Of a stretch of DNA of 64,000 nt, positions 51,048 through 62,569 are shown piece after piece (position 1 is the first letter of the stretch; each line of letters starts with the position of its first letter). The stretch spans positions 749,417 to 813,416 of the forward strand of contig NC_057719.1 in NCBI RefSeq assembly GCF_004010195.1, given 5' to 3'. The notes under the pieces are model-generated. The model was given only the letters and a program-made list of their open reading frames with translations, had not been told where the DNA came from and did not search any database. The DNA is from Chiloscyllium plagiosum (lineage: Eukaryota). The position numbers and the translations under genes are program-made.

Positions 51048-51392
51048 AATGCTCACTGGCATTAATTTCGCAATTTCACTTCCAATTTCCACCTTGCCCT
51101 CACTTTCACCTGGTCCTCCCTTCCTTGTCATCTCCGTTTCCATTTTTGGGGATGGACTGGCCACCATTATCCGTTACAAACCCCACCGGCTCCCACAGTT
51201 ACCCGGACGATACATCCTCATACCCTGCTTCCTGGAAAGACTCTATTCCATTCTCCCATTCCTCTGTCTCTGTCACATCCGTTCCGAAAAAAAGGATTTG
51301 TGAGGAAGGGTCACTGGACCCGAAATGTGAGCTCTGATTTCTCTCCACAGACGCTGCCAGACCTGCTGAGCTTTTCCAGCAACTTCTGAGTT
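51048..51392 (+). mobile_element. Penelope-like RT C-terminal remnant followed by a hammerhead-bearing repeat (51300-51329)
   Basis: Frameshifted PFLVISVSIFGDGLATIIRYKP / SHSY...SSYPASWKDSIPFS; GTGAGGA-A-GGGTC-ACTG-GACCC-GAAA. Confidence 0.7.
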
Positions 51393-51458
51393 ACAGCATT
51401 CACAGTTTCTTTTGGTTGTTTCCTGGTACCTTCTCTGTTCTGATGACTTCCATGGGAT

Positions 51459-51817
51459 CCCTCTACACTGTCCCCATCAAACACTCCCAGGACAGGGACA
51501 GCACGGGGTTAGATACAGAGTAAAGCTCCATCTACACTGTCCCCCATCAAACACTCCCAGGGACAGGGACATCATGGGATTAGATACAGAGTAAAGCTCT
51601 CTCTACCCTGTACCCATCGAACACTCCCAGGACAGGGACAGCACACGGTTAGATACAGAGTAAAACTCCCTCTGCACTGTCCCCATCAAATACTCCCAGG
51701 ACAGGGACAGCACAGGGTTAGATACAGAGTAAACCTCCCTCTACACTGTCCCCACCAAACACTCCCAGGAAAGGGACAGCACGGGGTTAGATACAGAGTA
51801 AAGCTCCCTCCACACTG
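51459..51817. repeat. 69-bp minisatellite, 5 copies plus a partial copy
   Basis: tctacactg-like anchors at 51462, 51531, 51602, 51671, 51740 and 51809. Confidence 0.95.
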
Positions 51818-52319
51818 TTGAGAGTCAGTAATGTGGATGTGGCGTATGAGATTCGATGGTTCCATATCCAGATTGAATCCTATCAGCCTCTCGTGAGAGT
51901 CAGGTCCCTGTCTCTGAGAGGGAGGAATGTGGTTGGTGCGCTGTTGGGATCAGATTGTTTCACTCATGGTCAGGGGTTATCAGAGGCAACTGATTCAAAC
52001 TTCATTTTCTTCAGCTTCAGAGAGTTTGTAACGATGAACGGAGCAGTTAGCCGAAGCTATCAGGAGTTAGTTATTGCTGTTTAACCCTTTAAGCATGTCA
52101 GGGTCTGTAATAAATCTCACTGGCTGCTGAGCTGAAAATTCTGTCTGCAAGGAGTTTAATGGGGCCATTAGCTCTTTCAGAAGATCCATTAGTGCTCTTT
52201 GCGAAAGCAATAACTTTGGATACATCTTAACCTTCAAATAATATATACTTTCAAATCTGTCTTAATTCTAGATGTTCAAGTATTTTCTTCTGCCAATAAC
52301 TCAAAAGTTTTTCTTTTCT

Positions 52320-52875
52320 CAAGCAATGTGGGTGTCACTGGCTGGGCCCAGCATTTACTGCCTGTCCCTAGTTGCCCCCCTTGAGAAGGTGGGGGTGAGC
52401 TGCCTTCTTGAACCACTGCAGTCCACGTGCTGTGGGTTGACCCACAATGCCCTTAAGGAGGGAATTCCAGGATTTTGACCCAGTGACACTGAAGGAACGG
52501 CGATATATTTCCAAGTCAGGATGGTGGGTGGCTCGGAGGGGAACTTACAGGGGGTGGTGTTCCCATGTATCTGCTGCCCTTGTCCTTCTAGATGTGAGTG
52601 GCTGTGGGCTTGGAAGGTGCTGCCTGAGGGTCTTTGGTGAGTTTCTGCAGTGCACCTTGTAGATGGTACACACTGCTGCTACTGAGCGTCGGTGGGGTAG
52701 GGAGGGGGTGTTTGTGGATGTGGGGCCAATCAAGCGGCTGCTTTGTCCTGGATGGTGTCGAGCTCCTTGAGTGTTGTTGGAGCTGCCCCCATCCAGGGCA
52801 AGTGGGGAGGATTCCATCACACTTCTGACTTGTGCCTTGGAGATGGTAGACAGTCTTTGGGGAGTCAGGAGGTGA
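52320..52875 (-). mobile_element. Second CR1/L2-group LINE, 3' end
   Basis: SLPHRRSVAAVCTIYKVHCRNSPKTLRQHLP. Confidence 0.8.
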
Positions 52876-54284
52876 ATTTTGGATGTTGGTTACTTTCAAT
52901 GAGTGAACAAATATTGACAGTATACTCCTGCTTTGAGGAATGGAGTTATTGGACTGACTGAGGGCTTGGGAGCTCCCATTCTGTCTGTCCGCTCTGGGGC
53001 TAAGCAGAAGCAATTAGTTCAGTCGCCGTCTGCCTGCAGTCACAGTTGGAATTCTGTCCTTGGTCAGCAGGAAATTCCTGAAGGTCCTATTCCACTGATG
53101 CAAGGAGGGCTCTCTTTGAAAGGCATGAATACAATGTGCCCCTCGGAGGGTAAGTGCCAGTCTGCCCCATGGAAGATCAGTGTAGGGCAGCCTGAACTTG
53201 ACCAAGAGCAGGTCAGAGGTCAAGGTCAGGGCCAATTAGTCAAGAGTGTTCAGAATCTGGACAAGGAAGGAAAGAGGGAAGGAGGAAACAATTGGAAGAA
53301 TGTGGGAGAGGGCAAGTTCAGATCAGAGTCTGAGTAAGGGGTTTGACTTCCAGTGTGGGGAAGCTGAATGGGGAATGTTTAGAAAGTCAAAGGGTCACTC
53401 CTTGTAGCATGAGGAGTCAAATGGAGACACAAGGCACGTTGTTGAAAGGCTAAATTTAAGTGGTCTTCGGATATCACATTCTGCCTTCCATGTCAGGCCA
53501 GTCCAGCGGTAATTCCACATTAGCGTTGTGATTGGGTAGAGGTATGATGGTAGATGCTGGAGTGTAAGGGTTGTGATGGATCCACTGCCTTGCCCTCACC
53601 TGGAGGGTGGGCTGGCCCTGTTACAGGCTCAGGGTCTTGCCTGGTCCTTTACATTTTGTGCAATCTTCATCCCATCAAGAGAAACATAAAACTCAAAGGA
53701 ACAACCATGCCAAGTCCATTCTGGATGTAGTCTGGGTCACTGTGACCCAGAGCTCTCTGCTTGATTATAGCCAGCATCCTGGGATTACAGTTTCACGGAA
53801 CGATTCCTGTTTCTCTGAAGCCAAGGATTTGTGATCATGTCCTGTGAGTGAATCAGATAGTGAATCCAGGTTAGCACCTCCATCCACAGTCACAGGTCAC
53901 TGGGGACAGAGCTGCGAGCTCTCCTGCTGTGACTCTCTGTAAATAACAAACAAACGAGGGTCCCTGCAGGAGCTCCCACATCCTGAATGCCCCGGAAAGA
54001 ATTCACCAACCCCAACAAACCCTCATCACAAAGCAATGAGCCAGTCACTCCAATTCAGCCCCTCACCCAGGTCACAGCACCCAACCCCTGGATTATTTCA
54101 ATCCAGTCTTCAGTTAATATAACCTTTCTCATCCACTTATACTGATTTCCGAACTAGTAAACACCCCCAAACCCTTTGAGTAGATCCCACTCAGTACTTC
54201 ACTGCTGGGTATCTGTTATTCTGTATATAAACCACCTTGAACCCCTCGATTAGATTCCAGTCTGTAACTCACCCAATCCAATGA

Positions 54285-55655
54285 AGGAAAGCATGCCATA
54301 TGCCTTCTTGACCACTCTATTGACCTGCGTTGCCATCTTCAGACTCTTTGTACATCAATTTTCCCCAGGGCTTTTCCATTTACTGTATAGTTCGCTCTTG
54401 AGTTTGATCTTCCAAAATACATCACCTCACATTTGCCTGGATTAAACTCCATCTGCCATTTCTCTGCCGACCTCTTCAATCTATCTATACTCTGCTGTAT
54501 TCTCTGACAGTCCCCTTCACTATCTGCTACTCCACCAATCTTAGTGGCATCTGCAAACTTGCTAATCAGGCCACCTATACCTTCCTCCAGATCATTTATA
54601 TCATATCACAAACAGCAGTGGTCCCAGCACGGATCCCTATGGAATACCACTGGTCACAGGTCTCCATTTTGAGAAACTCCCTTCCACTACTACTCTCTGT
54701 CTCCTGCTGTCCAGCCAGTTCTCTATCCATCTAGCTAGTACACCCTGGACCCCATGTGACTTTACTTTCCCCATCAGCCTACCATGTGGAATCTTATCAA
54801 ACGCCTTACTAAAGTCCATGTATTTGACATCTACAGCCCTTTCCTCATCAATCAACTTTGTCACTTCCTCAAAGAATTCTATTAAGTTGGTAAGACATAA
54901 CCTTCCCTGCACAATACCATGCTGCCTATCACTGATAAGCCCATTTTCTTCCAATGTAAATAGATCCTATCCCTTAGTATCTTCTCCAGCAGTTTCCCTA
55001 CCACTGACGTCTGGCTCACCGATCTATAATTACCCGGATTATCCACGTTACCCTTCTTAAACAAGGGGATAACATTACCAATTCTCCAGTCCTCTGGGAC
55101 CTCACCCATGTTCAAGGATGCTGCAAAGATATCTGTTAAAGCCCCAGCTATTTCCTCTCTCACTCCCCTCAGTAACCTGGGGTAGATCTCATCCGGGCTG
55201 AAAATGTGTTGCTGGAAAAGCGCAGCAGGTCAGGCAGCATCCAGGGAACAGGAGAATTGACGTTTTGGGCATAAGCCCTTCTTCAGGAGGCCCGAAACGT
55301 CGATTCTCCTGTTCCTTTGATGCTGCCTGACCTGCTGCGCTTTTCCAGCAACACATTTTCAGCTCTGATCTCCAGCATCTGCAGACCTCACTTTCTCCTC
55401 ATAGATCTCATCCGGACCTGGGGACTTGTCCACCTTAATGCCTTTTAGAATACACAGCACTTCCTCCCTCCTTATGCCGACTTGACCTAGAGTACTCAAA
55501 GATCTATCCCTAACCTCAACATCCATCATGTCCCTCTCCTCGGTGAACACCGATGCAAAGTACTCATTCAGAATCTCACCCATTTTCTCTGACTCCACAC
55601 AGAACTTTCCTCCTTTGGCCTTGTGTGGGCCAACCCTTTCTCTCGTTACCCTTTT
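54285..55655 (-). mobile_element. CR1 ORF2 RT fragment with a Penelope-derived insert
   Basis: [28 protein letters not shown] and KFAD motifs. Confidence 0.92.
55197..55401. mobile_element. Fold-back Penelope-derived insert with 74-bp inverted arms and hammerhead sequence
   Basis: 14-bp TSD tagatctcatccgg at 55183-55196 and 55402-55415; arms 55197-55270 and 55290-55363. Confidence 0.88.
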
Positions 55656-55962
55656 GTTACCATCCACGTGCTGTGGGTTGACCCACAATGCCCTTAGGGA
55701 GGGAATTCCAGGATTTTGACTCAGCGACACTGAAGGAACGGTGATGTATTTCCAGGTCGGGATGGTGAGTGACTTGGAGGGGAACTTACAGGGGGTGGTG
55801 TTCCCATGTATCTGCTGCCCTTGTCCTTCTAGATGGAAGTGGCCGTGGGTTTGGAAGGTGCTGTCTGAGGAGTTTAGTTGTGGGTGCTGGAATTTAGTGT
55901 GTCTGTCTACCTATTAGCTAGGACCCTGGACTTAGGCACTGCCCCTCTGCTGAGTGAACTCA

Positions 55963-56290
55963 AGAGTCATAGAGATGCACAGCACGGGACCTCAGTCCAC
56001 GCCGACCAGATTCCCAACCCAATCTAGTCCCACCTGCCAGCACCCGGCCCATATCCCTCCAAACCCTTCCTATTCATATACTCATCCAAATGCCTCTTAA
56101 ATGTTGTAATTGTACCAGCCTCCACCACATCCTCTGGCAGCTCATTCCAGACCCGTACCACCCTCTGTGTGAAAACATTGCCCCTTAGGTCTCATTTATA
56201 TCTTTCCCCTCTCACCCTAAACCTATGCTCTCTAGGTTTGGACTCCCCTACCCTGGGGAAAGGATGTTGTCTATTCTCCCTATCCATGTC
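55963..56290 (-). mobile_element. CR1 3' end
   Basis: Reverse complement of the tail family at 1-475. Confidence 0.85.
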
Positions 56291-57289
56291 TGTCAGGGGA
56301 TGGAAGATTATTGAAATATGCAGGAATGTGAATGTTGAGGTTAAAATCAGAGCAGCCATAATTGTATTGAATGGGAGAACAGGCTTGGATTGCGGAGTGG
56401 CCTCCTCTTGTTCCATGTATGTGTGCAGTTTGTGGATGTATGTGTGGGTTGTGGTTCGTTTGTGTGTGGGTGTGTGTGTGCGCACGTGCATGTGTGTGTG
56501 TTGGTGTGTGTTGTGGATGTTTGTTCAGTGTGGACTGTCTGAGGTGTTAGTGCCCCATGCCACAGGGAGTACACTTCAGAACCACTTCACTTCCTATTGA
56601 GTATTTTGGTGATGGTGAGGTTGTGAAAGGTTTGTTTTCACCTGCAGTCTGTCCCTGGGCCCCTTGTCCAGTATGTCCCAGAATGCTGTGGGCCCTCTCC
56701 CTTCCAAGTCCCTCACTAGAGAATGCACCCACCTTGTGTGGCCCCTTCTTCCATTTTCACACGGCCCATAACTTGGGCAGCACAGGCCATTTTGCCCATC
56801 TGTGTCGGTGCTCTATACCAGTTTGCTCCCAGTCCCTTTCCCCACCTCCATTTCCTTCACCCTCTGGTTTAGAGTGTGGAACTCTGTGATCGGCAACCAA
56901 TGGCCTTGGGATTATTTCAGACCGAGATGAGAAGATTCTCCAAATGAGGAGGTCATGACTCGTTGGGGGTTCCCTATCTTGGAGGGTTGTGGATATTCCG
57001 ACTCAGGGAGAGACGGAGACTCGATTGGTCAGTGAGTCCAGGGAGGCAGTAAGAAAGCAGAGGTGTGAGGTTAGCTGTGATTGGACTGAAACAGCTGAAT
57101 GGGCAATTTCTCCAATTGCTCACATTCCTTACTCCATCACACGTTTCTGCAGCTTCTCCTACTCGTGGTGGTTAATGTGGGGCTCACGCTGGAGAGATTT
57201 CACATCAGTCTCTAGGTGAAGAGATTTCTCCTGAATCCCTGACTCCAGTGACTGACTGTTTCACAACCATAAACCCCTGCTTGGATTGT

Positions 57290-57655
57290 CTTGATTTATT
57301 ACAATCACGTACCTAGGTACAGTCACAAGTTTTGTTTTGCGTGCAGTACTGACGGATCTTACCCTATAAAGTACATGAAGGTGATTGAACAGAGTAAGGA
57401 ATATGATGTTACAGCTGCAGGGAAGGTGCCTAGACAGTAAAATCAACATTAAATTTGAAATTTGAGAGATCCATTCAGCAGTCTAATGACAGCAGGGAAG
57501 AAGCTGTTCTTGAATCTGTCGGTCTGTGTGTTTAAAGGTTTCGTATCTTCTGCCTGATGGACGAGGCTGGAAGAGAGGATAACCGGGAGGGAGGGGTCTT
57601 TGATGATGTCGGCTGTCTTTCCACGATAATGGGCAGTGTAGATGGAGTCTCCTCA
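57290..57655 (-). mobile_element. Rex1/Babar-type LINE 3' end
   Basis: agggaagaagctgttcttgaa (FKNSFFP on the minus strand), as at ~22840. Confidence 0.75.
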
Positions 57656-57883
57656 CAGGTCTACCACCAGCCTTCTCTCCCCCCCCCCAGAGAAAGCAGT
57701 GTAAACCTTTCCGAAACTTTCCTGATAGTTATAGACCTGCTGTCCCATTTGAAATAAGAAGAACATCACTTTGGAAGAGGAGTCGGATCCTCCACTCAAT
57801 GCGATCTTAGCTGAAGATCTACCCCCAACTCCACCCCTGCCATCTCTCCAATATCTCTCAGCATCCCCAAAATCCTGCCATTC

Positions 57884-58178
57884 CACACGGTGGCACAGTG
57901 GTTAAGCACTGTTGCCTCACAGCACCAGGGACCCGGGTTCAATTCCCACCTCAGGCAACTGACTGTGTGGAGTTTGCACATTCTCCCCGTGTCTGCGTGG
58001 GTTTCCTCCCACAGTCCAAAAGATGTGCAGGTCAGGTGGATTGGCCGTGCTAAATTGCCCATAGTGTTAGGGGTAAGTATAGGGGAATGGGTCTGGGTGG
58101 GTTGCTCTTTGGAGGGTCGGTGCGGACTTGTTGGGCCGAAGGGCCTGTTTCTGCACTGTAGGGAATCTAATCCAATCC
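57884..58178 (+). mobile_element. HE1-type V-SINE
   Basis: Head, V-domain and tail present. Confidence 0.9.
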
Positions 58179-58371
58179 CCTTCAAAAACCATTTGTCTGT
58201 GAAAATCCAGGTAGATACACAATGGTGGTGACCCCACAGCTCTCTCAGGTTGAGGGTTTCCAAAATCCAAAGCACTCTTTTTCTCAATCCAAAATGGGCA
58301 CCTCCTTTACCCTGAGACTACATTTTAGGTTCTCCAAGCAGAAGAAGCCTTCTCTTTGCATCTTGCCCAGT

Positions 58372-58815
58372 CCGCTGTATCTAAGGAAAGACAGACTGGC
58401 ATTGGGGGCAGTCCAGAGCAGGGTCACTCGGCTGCTCCCAGGGATGGAGGGACTGGCTCATGGGGCGAGGTTGAGTAGGTTGGGCCTGTACTCACTGGAG
58501 TTTAGAAGGATGAGAGGTGACCAGATTGAAACGGGCAATGATTCTTAGGGCTGATGTGGGAGAATCGAAGGACCAGAAGGGTATCATCTCAGAATAAGGG
58601 GTCACACATTTCAGACCAAGGGGAGTGAATCTGTGGAACTCTCTACCAGATAGGGATGTCAAGGCTGGGTCATACAGTATATTCAAGGCTGAGAGAGACA
58701 GGTTTTAATCGGGAAGGGGGTTAAGGGGAAAAGGTAGGAGAGTGGAGTTGAGGATGATCAGATCAGCCACGATCCTATTGAATATTACCTGACTGCTCCG
58801 ATGTCACCTGGTCTT
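58372..58815 (+). mobile_element. Older CR1 3' fragment
   Basis: KDRLALGAVQSRVTRLLPGMEGL; same subfamily as ~4255-4475. Confidence 0.8.
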
Positions 58816-59003
58816 ACTGGCTTCAGTATTTGAATGGAGTGGGCGTTTGAAATGTGACAGGACTCCAAACGTGTGACCTAAGCACGTTTGATCTCCGTGT
58901 TTGACTGATCGCCTGCTGGAGATGAGGCTGATTGATCAGGTATCACTGGGGAAGCAAGTGCAGGCACTTACAGAACCTATAAACTGCTCAGCAAAGCATG
59001 TAC

Positions 59004-59842
59004 AGTCAGAGAGACGTACAGCACGGAAACAGACCCTTCGGCCCAACAAGTCCGTGCCGACCATAATCCCAAACTAAACGAGTCCCACCTGCCTGCTCCT
59101 GGCCCATATCCATCCAAACCTTTCCTATTCATGTATCCATCCAAATGTCTTTTAAACATTGTAATTGTACCCACATCCACCACTTCCTCAGCAAGTTCAT
59201 TCCAAACACGAACCACCCTCTGTGTAAACAATTTGCCCCTCATCTCTTTTTTAAATCTCCCTCCTCTCACCTTAAAAATGTGCCCCCTCATCTTGGAGTC
59301 CTCCATCGTGGGGAAAAGACAGCTACCATTAATTAGATTCCCTACAGTGTGGAAACAGGCCCTTCAGCCCAACCAGTCCACACCAACTCTCCAAAGAGTA
59401 ACCCACCCAGATGCATTTTCCTACCCTATATTTCCCCCTGACTAATGCACTTAACACTATGGGCAATTTAGCATGGCCAGATCACCTGATGTGCACATCT
59501 TTTGGATTGTGGGAGGAAACACATGCAAACACTGGGAGAACATACAAACTCCACACAGAGGCTGGAGTCAAACCCGGGTCCCTGGCGCTGTGAGGCGGCA
59601 GTGCTAACCACTGAGCCACCGTGCCAACCTATTAGCTCTGTCTATATCTCTCATTATTTTATAAACTTCTATCAGGTCACCTCTCAACCTCTACGCTCCA
59701 GTGAAAACAGTGCCAGCCTATCCAGCCTTTCCTTATAACTCAAACCCTTCATACCCGGCAACATCCTGGTAAATCTCTTCTGACGCCTCTCCAAGCTAAT
59801 AACATCCTTCCTGTTACTGGGCAACCAGAACTGGGCACAGTA
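59004..59842 (-). mobile_element. CR1 3' fragment split by a minus-strand HE1 SINE (~59330-59625)
   Basis: ORFs 58977-59306 and 59684-59947 flank the SINE. Confidence 0.85.
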
Positions 59843-60723
59843 TTTGTTGCTGAAACTCACTACCGTGATATTTGTACATCTTTTTAAAAAGAAAATTGTG
59901 AGGCAGTTTTGTGGTAAAGTAAGGTAAAGCAATTGGCCCATTAGCAATCCATATTTATACGGAGTTTTCCTGTTAATTCAGTTTGGATTCTGTCGACAGG
60001 GAGTGCATGTTAACAGGTACTGCTATGGGAGTGACCCAGTAATGACTTGGTATCATATCTACCTCTGTAAACAGCCAAAGTGAATGCTGAACTCTAGGCA
60101 TGATATCCCCAGGATCATTGTTTATCTTCACTCTTCTCACCTTTTTAATTAAGTTGAACACACTGTTTGTTTTCCAATTTAGTTGTTGTACCTGATGCCA
60201 ACTTGCAGAATTTCACATTTCACAGCCTTGCTAATTTGCCTGCATTTCGTCTTCCAGGGTGGATAACTGCAGAGCCAGGTTCTATCTAACACGCACTGAC
60301 CCATTCATACAACCCATCAGTAACCCTCTCACATTGCCTCCTTTCTTACTTTCCCTTCTGTGGATCATCGGGATGTGTGGGAATGTGTCACTCAGTCTCC
60401 TCATTCATTCATTAACGTCAGAATGTAAATAGCTGAGCCTTCAGTGCTGACCGTTGCTGCATTCCACTGGTCACAGCCTGCCAATTTGAAAATGAGTCGT
60501 TCCCTCCTCCTCAGTTTTCTGTCGACTGGCCAATCCTACATTCCTGATACATTATCACCCTCAATCCCACAAACCCTAACTTGTAATTATTCCCACTTGG
60601 CCAGCGTCCCCCTGTGCATCTCACTGCCTATTTCTGAATCCTTTCATCCCTTCAGACCTCACTGACGCTGACCCCTTATGTATCTCCACCTTTGATATCA
60701 ACTACTTGGGCAATATGATGTTG

Positions 60724-61330
60724 ATCAGAAAAGATTTACAAGGACGTTGCCAGGGTTGGAGGGTTTGAGCTACAGGGAGAGGCTGAATGGGTTGGGGTTG
60801 TTTTCCCTGGAGTGTCAGAGGCTGAGGTGAGACCTTGTAGAGGTTTATAAAGTCATGAGGGGCATGGATAGGGTAAATAGTAAAAGTCTAGAACTAGAGG
60901 GCATAGGTTTAAATCAACTAGGCAAAAGTGAGGACTGCAGATGCTGGGGATCAGAGTCTAGATTAGAGTGGTGCTGGAAAAGCACAGCAGGTCAGGCAGC
61001 ATCTGAGGGGCAGGAAAGGATTTCTGATGAAGGGCTTTTGCCCGAAACGTTGATTTTCCTGCTCCTTAATGCTGCCTGATCTGTCGTGCTTTTCCAGCAC
61101 CACTCTGATCTAAGCATAAGTTTAAGGTGAGAGGGGAAAGATTTAAAAAGGGAACATAGGGGCAACGTTTTCACGCAGAGGGTGGTACGTGTATGGAATG
61201 AGCTGCCAGAGGAAGTGGTGGAGGCTGGTGCAATTGCAACATTTAAGAGGCATTTAGATGGGTATATGAATAGGAAGGGTTTGGAGGGATATGGGCTGGG
61301 TGCTGGCAGGTGGGACTAGATTGGGTTAGT
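60724..61330 (+). mobile_element. CR1 3' fragment split by a Penelope-derived insert (60913-61113)
   Basis: TSD gcata(g/a)gtttaa at 60901-60912 and 61114-61125. Confidence 0.88.
61024..61051 (+). ncRNA. Minimal type I hammerhead ribozyme motif, intact core, GUU triplet
   Basis: CUGAUGA-A-GGGC-UUUU-GCCC-GAAA-CGUU. Confidence 0.78.
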
Positions 61331-61514
61331 CTCAGAATAACATGGTCAGGCTGCTGAGTTGGACTGAAGGGGCTGTTTTTGTGTGAGGCTAGTCTGGGTT
61401 AGGCTGTTTGACCACCCTTACACCAGTGTTCAGTATGATTATGTCTGATCTCGTGGTGGCCCCCGTCCATTTGTACGTCAACCCTGCTGCCTTCAGAAAC
61501 TTCATTGACAAGGA

Positions 61515-61860
61515 GTGGAATAGATAGAGTCAATAGCCAGAGACTTTTCCCCAGGGCAGGATTGACTGGTACAAGAAGTCATAGTTGGAAGTTTATTAGG
61601 AGGAAGGTATAAAGGAGACGTCAGAGGTAGGTTCTTTACACAGAGAGTTGTGAATGCATGGAATGCGTTACCAGCGGTGGTGGTGGAAGTGAAGTCATTG
61701 GGGTCATTTAAGTGACTGCTAGACATGCACATGGACAGCAGTGAGTTGAGGGGTGTGTGGGTTAAGTTACTATATTTTACATTAGGATTAAAGCTTGGCA
61801 CAACATCGTGGGCCGAAGGGCCTGTTCTGTGCTGGACATTTCTATGTTCTTCTATGTTCT
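61515..61860 (+). mobile_element. CR1 3' end
   Basis: ttctttacacagagagttgtgaatgcatggaatgcg; (ttctatg) tail. Confidence 0.85.
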
Positions 61861-62569
61861 AAGGAATTCAATCACACCCAGACTGTAAGATATTCAGTGA
61901 CTCTACCTCCACTGACAGATTGGCTTCTCCTTGTCTCTGTAACAGTTGACCCACAACTTGTTCAAAAAATACAAGGGAGAGTGTCTGAGCAGCGAGTGAC
62001 AGAAGGAGGAGGAGCAGAGATTTAGTAGGAGAATTTCAGAGCTTAAGGGAGATTTAATTCAGTAATCGCCCCCACCTCCCCGTGAAATGCCTTGGGATGA
62101 TCTCCTCTCTTGGAGGTGTGATGTAAATATGAGTTGTTGTTGTAACTGGTGCCGCCTGGAACTCTGACAGGGGTGGGGATTTGGTGGAGACTCTCAAGTG
62201 AGAACCATGGACCTGATCACCGGCTGTTAGCTGCTGGTCACAGCGCAACTGGACAGTTCCTAGCAGAACGTCATCGCTCCTCACCATCTCGACCTCCCAG
62301 ATCCAAGGGCCATTAGCTTCCACGCTGCCCCCTCACTTGCCCCCAGCTCCTAGGCCCACCAGCCACCTTGCTTGCTGACCTCCCTAATCCCCTCACCCCT
62401 GTCCCTGTGCCATCTGGACTCTTTATCCCTTACCCCACATTCACTGCCCTCCCAGCTCCACCCCCATCCCCATCTCCTTAGACCATCTTATCTCCCACCC
62501 CTTTGTTCCTGCCGCCCACTCCTCCCTCCTAACCTACATTGCCTTCATCTTACTCTCATCCGTGGGCCT

